DNA from: an uncultured Methanosarcinaceae archaeon
GTDB lineage: Archaea; Halobacteriota; Methanosarcinia; Methanosarcinales; Methanosarcinaceae
Assembly: GCA_963721455.1 (NCBI GenBank)
Contig: CAVRJG010000044.1
Coordinates: 32,001 to 96,000 of the forward strand
DNA length: 64,000 nt
Direction of reading: 5' to 3'
Shown here: positions 10,827-17,933 of the stretch, in pieces
How the letters are laid out: each line of letters opens with the position of its first letter
How positions within the stretch are numbered: the first letter of the stretch is position 1
The notes under the pieces: model-generated
The model's database searches: none
What the model was told of the DNA's origin: nothing
What the model saw: the letters and a program-made list of their open reading frames with translations, nothing else
Made by a program: the position numbers and the translations under genes

Positions 10827-11306
10827 TTAAAGTTCAAGCACAAGGGCAGAAAGCCCCAGAGCTTCAAAAGCTTCGTTGATCTCAGGAAAAGGATTTTCCT
10901 TTCGGTAAAAAAGATGAGAATTACAGGCACAATCCGTACACCCGAAGCCGGATACCGAATCCCTTCCTATCCTGCTGGCAAGCGCACATTCAAGCCTGGC
11001 AGAAGTAAAGGCATAGACTGCCGAGACCAGCCTGAAAGAAGGGTTCAGATGAAGATAATCTACATGCCATCTGGGATTCCGGTCTCTGTTTCGGGAAAGA
11101 TTAATGTGCCTTTTCACCCTTTTCAAGCCCCCTGAGCCGAGAGCTGAACCCACGTATATATGAAAGCCTGCATGGAACGAGAACTCACCTTTTTTTCCGA
11201 TCTCAAGTTTACAGGCACGGTTCTCGAATATCAGACAGTAAACGCCTTTTTTGGAAAAAGTATCTTGTTCGGAATAAACATCTTGTTCTGAAAAATCCAT
11301 TTTCAA
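10827..11306 (-). CDS. GIY-YIG (DUF123/Uri) nuclease family protein
   Basis: GVYCL...IYVGSA...RWHVDYL...GFGCTDCACNSHL. Confidence 0.85.
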   Translation of the reverse strand: MKMDFSEQDVYSEQDTFSKKGVYCLIFENRACKLEIGKKGEFSFHAGFHIYVGSALGSGGLKRVKRHINLSRNRDRNPRWHVDYLHLNPSFRLVSAVYAFTSARLECALASRIGRDSVSGFGCTDCACNSHLFYRKENPFPEINEAFEALGLSALVLEL

Positions 11307-12304
11307 GACCTCAATGTAGTTCCTGAAACCTGAAAGTACTTTTCAAGCAGAGGCCCAACAATTCCCTCCAGTTTTTCCTTCTCCTTAAGTGCTTCAACCC
11401 AGGAAACGGGTATGGCTTCAATTCCCAGCCTGGCTCCAAGAATGCCCCCTGCCACACTTGCAACCGAGTCAGAGTCCCCGGTAATATTCACTGCGGTCTG
11501 CACTGCTTTTTTGTAGTCTTTCGGATAACGCAAAGTGCAGAAGTATGCAAGGGCAAAGGTTTCATCCGCATACCAGCCCTGCCCGAGTTTCTTCAGCGCC
11601 TCTCCATCCCCCATGCCACTGTGAGAGATTTCATAAGAAACTTCCAGGGCGTCAGTGAATTCCTGAGAGATTCCTTCGGTTACCTCAAGAAGAGGTTCAA
11701 GCATTTTCTCGGGTTCCACTCCATCAAGGGCCAGTTTCACTGCATATGCCCCTGCAATAGACGCAGCGTCTGAAACCGGATGAGAGTGAGTAATTCTGCC
11801 TGAAATCAAAGCAACTTTAACCAGTTTTTGAGGGTCATTCCGATAAATAAAACCGAGGATTCCAGCCCGCATGAGGCTTCCGCAGGTTTTAGAGCTGATT
11901 CCGGATTTGCTCCAGTGAATCCCATCCTTAAGACTCAGGGCTGCCCCTCTGGTAGTTGCTCCTGCACCCAGGTCAGGCTCGTCCAGCCAGAGAATCAGTT
12001 CCTCTGCTATCTTGCCCATAAGCTCGGGAAGTTCAAGTTCTGCTCCTCGAAGCAGGCCTCTGGCAAGTACAAGCATCAACTGGGTATCATCAGTCCAGGG
12101 AGAATCAGGCGGGAGTTCAAGGATTCCTTTTTCTCCGTATTTCTTTTTGATCTGTTCAAGAGTCAGATGCTCTACAGGGCGCCCGAGGGCATCCGCACAT
12201 GCGGTGCCGAAGAGGTAGCCGCGAAGCTTGCTTTCAAGATCCGGAGTAGCTTGGATATTTCCTGTACTCATTGTTTCAATTCCATAACTCAATGAGAAAT
12301 GCAA
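11303..12304 (-). CDS. ADP-ribosylglycohydrolase family protein
   Basis: DALG, WTDDTQL, GSLMR, ITH and GDSDSVA motifs. Confidence 0.9.
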   Translation of the reverse strand: MHFSLSYGIETMSTGNIQATPDLESKLRGYLFGTACADALGRPVEHLTLEQIKKKYGEKGILELPPDSPWTDDTQLMLVLARGLLRGAELELPELMGKIAEELILWLDEPDLGAGATTRGAALSLKDGIHWSKSGISSKTCGSLMRAGILGFIYRNDPQKLVKVALISGRITHSHPVSDAASIAGAYAVKLALDGVEPEKMLEPLLEVTEGISQEFTDALEVSYEISHSGMGDGEALKKLGQGWYADETFALAYFCTLRYPKDYKKAVQTAVNITGDSDSVASVAGGILGARLGIEAIPVSWVEALKEKEKLEGIVGPLLEKYFQVSGTTLRS

Positions 12305-12550
12305 TTATTCAGGTATAATTAAGTTTACTCATATAGGGTTGAATTTTAGAATGATATTAAATTATTGATTAGCAGTAGAGGAAGACCAATAAAGTAGATT
12401 GGAGAGAGTTTAAAAAGAAAAGTTCAATAGAAAGGATCTTTAGCTGGATAGAGTCATGTAAAAAAGTATTTTCTAAATATGAAGTCAAAGACAGATCATA
12501 CATAGGAGTTGTAATCTTAGGGCTCGTAACGAAATAACCTAAGTAACACA

Positions 12551-13995
12551 CATTGGTCATCGGTTAAGAACTTACTTCAATCTACCAATAGTGTTTTTCA
12601 GTTCATCTTTTCATTCTAACCATTCTTCTCTGAACCTTTCTCTGTTTACATGTGGATCCAATGCTTGACTTTCGTACACACTCATCACTGTTTCAAAAGT
12701 TCTTTCAATTCCACATCTATGCAGAATCACTGTCAATAAATCTGATGCATTTTCAGCAAATATTATGCTCCATCTCTCTTGAGTATATCGAACCATTTTT
12801 TCAGGATGAGCCGTATTGTTCTTTACAAGAGAATAAATTCTTCTGCTAACGATTAATGTCAACATTGCTGTCCATATTAGAGCCTCAATTACCTGCACAT
12901 TCTTTGTATCCAGAACGTCAAGCGCGTATTTGCTTTTTAACTCCTTGAAAAGCAGCTCTATGTCCCATCTTGCTCCATATAATTTTGCAATGTCTTTTGC
13001 ACTCAAAACATCTTTCTGAATATTTGTAATGTATATGTGGTGCTTTTCATCTTCATCATTATATACCGCAACAAGACGTACACACATCTCATCCTGTTTT
13101 TGCTTGCCTTTGTATGCTCTTCTTTTAAACTTTATTTTCACAACAGCATCAAGATCTTTTCCTGAAAGTTGCTTAATACACTCACTAACAGGTTTTCCAG
13201 TGAACTCTTTGCTTTTTGTCTTAGAAAGTCCCTCTTCAACAGAAACAAGAATAGGATCCATATTCTTCCTAATTCTTGAGACAAAATATCCTCCATTTTC
13301 CTCAACTCTTGCAAACATTTGGCTTTTGTAAAAACCAAGATCAACAAGAAGAATACGGTCTTTGATCCAGGGCCCTATTTTCAATGTTTTCATTTCAGCT
13401 GTTTTTTCAGAGTACAGAGCAACTGTTTTAGGTCCATTAGCAACTGCACTTACCATAACTCCCACTTTTACTCCAGCAGCTACTGTTCTTGCTCTTGCTG
13501 CCGGAAACTTGTCTGATAAAGAGGAGTGAAGACGAACAATTGTGCTGTCCTGAATGAGAACATCCTGGAAGTTTTCGAGTTTTTTACTAAGTTTTCTACC
13601 GGGTTCTTTTGCAAGTTCTTCTATGCCATGAATAACACACTGATGAAGAAACTCCACAAGTTCTGGAGTGAATCTATAGTACCAGCTGCTGTCGCTTAGG
13701 GTCTTATTTGATTCTTTTTCATATTCTCTTTTCAAACTGGCAAGTGTACGCTGCAAGCGTACACCAAAACTGAGAGTTAAAACCCAAAAGATGATGACAG
13801 GGTCAATTTTACGCTCACGTACTATGAGACCAGTTTCTTTGGCAGTTTGCCTTAACCACTCTTCGGGAAACATTTCCCGAAGAGAGTCTTCAAGAGTAGG
13901 TGGGGGATGAGGAGACATATATACACTAATATTTAAATTATTATTATAAAAACGCATGTAGAAGTGATTATCTAATGCTTAACCGATGACGCATG
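12551..13995 (-). mobile_element. IS4-family (ISH8-like) insertion sequence
   Basis: TIRs CATTGGTCATCGGTTAAG / CATGCGTCATCGGTTAAG; 10-bp TSD AAGTAACACA at 12541-12550 and 13996-14005. Confidence 0.92.
12611..13957 (-). CDS. IS4-family DDE transposase
   Basis: IQDST, VDLGF and YGARWDIELLFKELK (YREK) motifs. Confidence 0.93.
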   Translation of the reverse strand: MRFYNNNLNISVYMSPHPPPTLEDSLREMFPEEWLRQTAKETGLIVRERKIDPVIIFWVLTLSFGVRLQRTLASLKREYEKESNKTLSDSSWYYRFTPELVEFLHQCVIHGIEELAKEPGRKLSKKLENFQDVLIQDSTIVRLHSSLSDKFPAARARTVAAGVKVGVMVSAVANGPKTVALYSEKTAEMKTLKIGPWIKDRILLVDLGFYKSQMFARVEENGGYFVSRIRKNMDPILVSVEEGLSKTKSKEFTGKPVSECIKQLSGKDLDAVVKIKFKRRAYKGKQKQDEMCVRLVAVYNDEDEKHHIYITNIQKDVLSAKDIAKLYGARWDIELLFKELKSKYALDVLDTKNVQVIEALIWTAMLTLIVSRRIYSLVKNNTAHPEKMVRYTQERWSIIFAENASDLLTVILHRCGIERTFETVMSVYESQALDPHVNRERFREEWLE

Positions 13996-14170
13996 AAGTA
14001 ACACATTATTATTTTGGAGCAAAATCGATGGGAATGCTTATGAAAATGGCAAAGTACAGTGTAAAAATGGGCTTAAGTTATTTCGCGGTGGGTACTTAGC
14101 AGCAATAATAAGGTTAAATCAAGTTTTGGGACGAGCTAAGTAGATAAACACCCGATGTTAACTGAGGAAT

Positions 14171-14239
14171 TTACGCTTTACTCAATTCTTGCTGTACTGA
14201 CATTCTCATAATAGGTTTTGCCTGCGTTGGTAATTTCAT
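14171..14239 (-). pseudogene. Degenerate precursor peptide P10
   Basis: MKLPTQAKPIMRMSVQQELSKA*; the shifted frame reads STARIE*SVNSS, like the P6/P9 leaders; AGGAG RBS. Confidence 0.75.
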
Positions 14240-14362
14240 AACAATTTCTCCTAGTTTTGACTCCTGGTCACCATGAGGCACCCAGATTTTTGGCTGCCCA
14301 AAAAATGAGTGTTTAGATAGCTTGCAGTTGGTCCGGTCGTAGCTATTCATGGCCATAAGCAG
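14240..14362 (-). repeat. Conserved structured intergenic spacer S7
   Basis: One of seven ~110-125-bp copies; minus-strand hairpins AATAGCT...AGCTATC and TTTTTGG...CCAAAAA. Confidence 0.8.
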
Positions 14363-14479
14363 TCAATTTCATCAAATTTACCAAATAATCTTGTACATAT
14401 ATCATGCTTTTTAGCATGGACTTCTGCCCCAGATTACATCGTATTAAATCACAAGTTGTCTGTACTGCAGAATTCGATA

Positions 14480-14644
14480 TTAGAGAATCCCGCACAGAGC
14501 CTGGCAAACAGCCTTTGCAGTAGAATTTGGTATTAGGTTGCAACTTGTTTCGCAAAGACCGCCGCCAGACTGACTGACTCTTGCCTCGATACTCGCCGTA
14601 CTGCTCTTTCTCATAACAGATTTTGCTTGTTTTGGTAATTTCAT
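14480..14644 (-). CDS. Precursor peptide P9, 4-Cys class (54 aa)
   Basis: Manual translation MKLPKQAKSVMRKSSTASIEARVSQS-GGGLCETSCNLIPNSTAKAVCQALCGIL; GGAGG RBS; below the ORF-track cutoff. Confidence 0.85.
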   Translation of the reverse strand: MKLPKQAKSVMRKSSTASIEARVSQSGGGLCETSCNLIPNSTAKAVCQALCGIL

Positions 14645-14689
14645 AAATACTTCCTCCGTATTTCTTTTCGTTTATTTTCCGTAAAGGGA

Positions 14690-14790
14690 GCTATTCTGCC
14701 GCCATGAAAATCCATATTTTGAACTGCGAAAAAATGAGGATTTGAATAGCTTGCAACCGGACAAGTCGTAGCTATCCCTCACCTCTAGCA
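14690..14790 (-). repeat. Conserved structured intergenic spacer S6
   Basis: Minus-strand GGATAGCT...AGCTATTC stem; joined to a copy of the P1 upstream region. Confidence 0.75.
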
Positions 14791-14945
14791 GTCCATTTCA
14801 TATTTATGCTAAATAATCAGTGGCGGATTTCATGCTAAAAAACACGAACTTATACCATTCACTTCCTTGCATTAGGACCAGCCGCAAGTGAGTAATTTTC
14901 TGTTAATTTTTTAACTGATCCGGCTGCAAACCGCTAAGTATTGCC

Positions 14946-15122
14946 TTATGCACACACACCTTGACAATGTCCTTGAATGCAGAAACCAATGCATGTATGT
15001 TTACATCCACAACTTTGATCCGATGGAATGATGCTCCCAGTTGTAGTAACTTCTCGGCTATGCGTCGCACTTCTTATAACAGGTCTTGCTTGCTTTGGTA
15101 ATTTCCTAACAAACTCCTCCAT
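14946..15122 (-). CDS. Precursor peptide P8, 6-Cys class (canonical ATG mutated to AGG; in-frame upstream ATG)
   Basis: MEEFV-RKLPKQARPVIRSATHSREVTTTGSIIPS-DQSCGCKHTCIGFCIQGHCQGVCA; paralog of P2. Confidence 0.7.
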   Translation of the reverse strand: MEEFVRKLPKQARPVIRSATHSREVTTTGSIIPSDQSCGCKHTCIGFCIQGHCQGVCA

Positions 15123-15132
15123 ATCTCATCAT

Positions 15133-15312
15133 TTAGATGACCTTACAGCCGCCACGGCAATAAAATCCACCAATACAATTGCCCGGAGGACAATAAGTTC
15201 CTAATAAACAGCCACAGCTTAAGGGCAATTTAGAGGACGCGATAAGTCCAATTGTTTGCCCGTTATGCGCCGCAGTCCTCATAATAGGTTTTGCTTGTTT
15301 AGGCAGTTTCAT
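15133..15312 (-). CDS. Precursor peptide P7, 6-Cys class (59 aa)
   Basis: MKLPKQAKPIMRTAAHNGQTIGLIAS-SKLPLSCGCLLGTYCPPGNCIGGFYCRGGCKVI; AGGAGG RBS. Confidence 0.88.
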   Translation of the reverse strand: MKLPKQAKPIMRTAAHNGQTIGLIASSKLPLSCGCLLGTYCPPGNCIGGFYCRGGCKVI

Positions 15313-15435
15313 AAAGACTTCCTCCTTAATTTTGACTTCTTGCCGCCATGAGGCACCCATATTTTGGGCTACTCAAAAAAATATTTAGATAGCTTGCAAC
15401 CGGACCGGTAGTAGTTATCCATAACTTAGGCAGTC
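15313..15435 (-). repeat. Conserved structured intergenic spacer S5
   Basis: Homologous to S1-S7. Confidence 0.8.
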
Positions 15436-15592
15436 TATTTCATCATATTTGCCAAATAATCAGTCGCGTATACCCGTGCTAAAAAGCACGAACTGCCACC
15501 ACTCACTTTGCTTGCATTAGGACCAGCCGCAAGTGTAGTCATATTCTGTAAATCCTTTAGCTGATCCGGCATGCAAGCCGTTAAGTTGTGCC

Positions 15593-15751
15593 TTAATACC
15601 CTGATTTGCACATCGCCAAGCACGTACTCCACGCAACTCCTCGCAGTTTGTTGCAGCGCTCTTGGCAATCATCAGACTGACCGACTCCGGCCCCTATTTT
15701 TGCCGTACTGGCCTTTCTCATAACAGGTTTTGCCCGTGTTGGTAGTCTCAT
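15593..15751 (-). CDS. Precursor peptide P6, 4-Cys class (52 aa)
   Basis: Manual translation MRLPTRAKPVMRKASTAKIGAGVGQS-DDCQERCNKLRGVAWSTCLAMCKSGY; GAGG RBS. Confidence 0.85.
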   Translation of the reverse strand: MRLPTRAKPVMRKASTAKIGAGVGQSDDCQERCNKLRGVAWSTCLAMCKSGY

Positions 15752-15766
15752 AAAAATTCCTCTTTA

Positions 15767-15886
15767 GTGCCCGCAACGAAATAACCTATGCAACTTATTA
15801 TTTATTGAAACTTTGATTAGCTATCTTGATCTTGAAAATCAAGATATCCAATCAAAAATATGCAGATGTTGTTTTGTGACAAGTCC
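15767..15886. mobile_element. 120-bp MITE inserted just upstream of the P6 RBS
   Basis: Imperfect TIRs GTGCCCGCAACGAAATAAC / GTTGTTTTGTGACAAGTCC; TTA duplication; resembles the element starting at 12520. Confidence 0.65.
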
Positions 15887-16000
15887 TTAGTTCTGGCTTC
15901 TGACCGCCATAAAACGTCCACATTTTGGGCTGCCCAAAAAATGAGGGCTTGGATAGCTTTTAGCCTGTCTGGCCGCACCCTATCCATAACTTCTAAGCAG
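15887..16000 (-). repeat. Conserved structured intergenic spacer S4
   Basis: Perfect GGATAG...CTATCC stem and TTTTGGGC-N-GCCCAAAA inverted repeat. Confidence 0.8.
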
Positions 16001-16083
16001 CGCTCCCCTCAAAATAAGGTGCAGGTTCCGTGCCCCCAAGGCCGAACATCTGCCCCCATCCTACGTTTGTTTAGCTCGGCTTA

Positions 16084-16269
16084 TCAGGTACCTACGACCT
16101 TGCAGCCACCAGGGCATCTAAGCCCTACACAACCACCCGGACAATATGTACCCACAATTCCTGGCAAACAGCACGTGTCTATGAGTCCCGAGGGTGTGAT
16201 GCTCACAATGGTTTGCCCGCTGTACACCGCATTCCTCATAACAGGTCTTGCTTGCTTTGGTAATTTCAT
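16084..16269 (-). CDS. Precursor peptide P5, 6-Cys class (61 aa)
   Basis: MKLPKQARPVMRNAVYSGQTIVSITPS-GLIDTCCLPGIVGTYCPGGCVGLRCPGGCKVVGT. Confidence 0.88.
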   Translation of the reverse strand: MKLPKQARPVMRNAVYSGQTIVSITPSGLIDTCCLPGIVGTYCPGGCVGLRCPGGCKVVGT

Positions 16270-16282
16270 GACAATTTCCTCC

Positions 16283-16389
16283 TAGTGCATCGATTCCAAA
16301 ATAAGTCCCTTGTTTAGAGGGAAATTAGTTAATCAACAGACAAATCAAAAACCAAGGTTTTATGAACATACTTTGGAATCGCAGCACTA
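16283..16389. mobile_element. ~100-bp MITE inserted just upstream of the P5 RBS
   Basis: TIRs TAGTGCATCGATTCCAAA ... TTTGGAATCGCAGCACTA; CTAG on both sides. Confidence 0.7.
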
Positions 16390-16500
16390 GTTCTGACTTC
16401 TGGCCGCCATGAGGCAACCATATTTTTGGCTTCCCAATAAATGAGGTTTTGGATAGCTTGCAGCCGGTCTGGCCTCAACCCATCCATAACTTCTAAGCAG
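16390..16500 (-). repeat. Conserved structured intergenic spacer S3
   Basis: Homologous to S1-S7. Confidence 0.8.
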
Positions 16501-16566
16501 TGTTCTTCCTCAAAATGAGGGGGTTCCATGCCCCCAAGTCCGAACACCGGTCTCATGCTACGATGT

Positions 16567-16752
16567 TTATCTCGGCGGTACGAGGGGCACACAAGCAAGG
16601 CATTTTCCATTAAAACATAAACCTGGGGGACAATACGTACCCAATAAACAGCCACAATTATAGGGCCAATTCGAGGGCATGATATGCCCACCTGTTTGCC
16701 TGCTATGCGCCACATTCCGAAGAACAGGTTTTGCTTGCTTTGGTAATTTCAT
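16567..16752 (-). CDS. Precursor peptide P4, 6-Cys class (61 aa)
   Basis: MKLPKQAKPVLRNVAHSRQTGGHIMPS-NWPYNCGCLLGTYCPPGLCFNGKCLACVPLVPPR. Confidence 0.88.
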   Translation of the reverse strand: MKLPKQAKPVLRNVAHSRQTGGHIMPSNWPYNCGCLLGTYCPPGLCFNGKCLACVPLVPPR

Positions 16753-16779
16753 AAAGATGTCCTCCATCTCTCTTTTCTT

Positions 16780-16959
16780 TCAGATGACCTTACAGCCGCC
16801 ACGGCAATAAAATCCACCAATACAATTGCCAGGAGGACAATACGTACCCAATAAACAGCCACAACTTAGGGCCAATTCCGAGAGCATGATATGTCCAATT
16901 GTTTGCCCACTATGAGCTGCATTCCTCAGAACAGGTTTTGCTTGTTTTGGTAATTTCAT
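16780..16959 (-). CDS. Precursor peptide P3, 6-Cys class (59 aa)
   Basis: Manual translation MKLPKQAKPVLRNAAHSGQTIGHIMLS-ELALSCGCLLGTYCPPGNCIGGFYCRGGCKVI; Cys region identical to P7. Confidence 0.88.
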   Translation of the reverse strand: MKLPKQAKPVLRNAAHSGQTIGHIMLSELALSCGCLLGTYCPPGNCIGGFYCRGGCKVI

Positions 16960-17088
16960 AGAAATTTCTCCTTAGTTCTGACTTCTGGTTGACATGAAGC
17001 ACCCACATTTTTGCCACCCAAAAAAGTGAGTATTTGGATAGCTTGCAACCGGATAGGTCTTAGCCATCCATCACCTCTAAGCAGCTTA
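16960..17088 (-). repeat. Conserved structured intergenic spacer S2
   Basis: Minus-strand GGATGGCT...AGCTATCC stem; ends in GAACTAAGGAG RBS. Confidence 0.8.
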
Positions 17089-17105
17089 CTTAAATTATAG
17101 GCATC

Positions 17106-17237
17106 TCATACATCCGACATTCTTTGTTTTTTGTGCGTACCAGTGCCTATGCAGGCGTTGGGGCAGCCACACGATGAAGAAGTGACTCTTGCCTCATTTC
17201 CGTTGTATCGACCTTTCGGATAACACACTTGTGACAT
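17106..17237 (-). pseudogene. Degenerate precursor-like remnant
   Basis: Frames give ...VIRKVDTTE / EARVTSS-SCGCPNACIGT...: a P9-type leader end with a CGC..CIG core. Confidence 0.5.
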
Positions 17238-17264
17238 ACCCAACGTGAACCATTAAGTAGTGCC

Positions 17265-17432
17265 TTATATACACACACCTTGACAATGTCCGCTAATGCA
17301 TAGACCAATGCACTTACTCTTACAACCACAATACAATGGCTCATCTGATGGAATGATGCCCCCAGTTGTAGTAATTTCTCGGCTATACATCGCATTTCTC
17401 ATAACAGGTTTTGCTTGCTTTGGTAATTTCAT
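17265..17432 (-). CDS. Precursor peptide P2, 6-Cys class (55 aa)
   Basis: MKLPKQAKPVMRNAMYSREITTTGGIIPS-DEPLYCGCKSKCIGLCISGHCQGVCI. Confidence 0.88.
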   Translation of the reverse strand: MKLPKQAKPVMRNAMYSREITTTGGIIPSDEPLYCGCKSKCIGLCISGHCQGVCI

Positions 17433-17562
17433 AACAATTTCCTCCGAGTTCTGACTTCTGGTCACCATAAAGCGTCCACATTTTAGGCGGCCCAAAAAAT
17501 GAGAGCTTGGATAGCTTGCAACCGGTCTGGACGCAACCCATCCATCACTTTAAGCTGCTTCC
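17433..17562 (-). repeat. Conserved structured intergenic spacer S1
   Basis: Fills the whole P1-P2 gap; used as the reference copy of the repeat. Confidence 0.8.
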
Positions 17563-17739
17563 TCAAATTGGTAAACAAACACCAGCGCACTGCTTTCCAA
17601 CAAATGGTATATTTATACAAGCACCTATACAATTTGTACCAGATGGGCAGTTGCAATCTGAGGGGGTGATGCCCCCAGTGATTTGTCCGCTGTGCACCGC
17701 ATTTCTCATAACAGGTTTGGTTTGCTTTGGTAATTTCAT
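17563..17739 (-). CDS. Precursor peptide P1, 6-Cys class (58 aa)
   Basis: Manual translation MKLPKQTKPVMRNAVHSGQITGGITPS-DCNCPSGTNCIGACINIPFVGKQCAGVCLPI; GGAGG RBS. Confidence 0.88.
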   Translation of the reverse strand: MKLPKQTKPVMRNAVHSGQITGGITPSDCNCPSGTNCIGACINIPFVGKQCAGVCLPI

Positions 17740-17879
17740 AACAAATTCCTCCGTGTCTCTTTTCGTTTATTTCCCGTAAAGGGAGCTATTCTATCGCCAC
17801 ACAGGCGACGATTTGGAACAAATTGTCCCTGCTCATTATCACCGTCCTCATCATAGTGACAATGATTGCAAATTCGTGA

Positions 17880-17914
17880 GTGCCACCAAAGGTGACGAAA
17901 TCCTTTGGTGGCAC
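17880..17914. other. Perfect 13-bp stem-loop just downstream of the protease gene
   Basis: GTGCCACCAAAGG-9 nt-CCTTTGGTGGCAC. Confidence 0.75.
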
Positions 17915-17933
17915 GTAATCAAATAGCTCCGGC

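Larger units (their letters stand above)
12520..14095. mobile_element. ~120-bp MITE interrupted by the IS4-family element
   Basis: Ends GGGCTCGTAACGAAATAAC ... GTTATTTCGCGGTGGGTAC flanked by TTA; removing the IS and one TSD leaves 121 bp resembling the MITE at 15767-15886. Confidence 0.65.

Noticed and set aside
14240-17562. CRISPR array interpretation of the repeated spacers
   Set aside because: The repeats are ~120 bp and divergent, the intervening sequences are coding ORFs of variable length, and no cas genes are present.
15435-17779. Alternative-frame and antisense ORFs in the array (15435-15668, 15860-16285, 16329-16715, 17147-17395, 17507-17779) and long N-terminal extensions of the precursors
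   Set aside because: They are shadows of the precursor genes or run through spacer repeats; the RBS positions support the MKLP starts.
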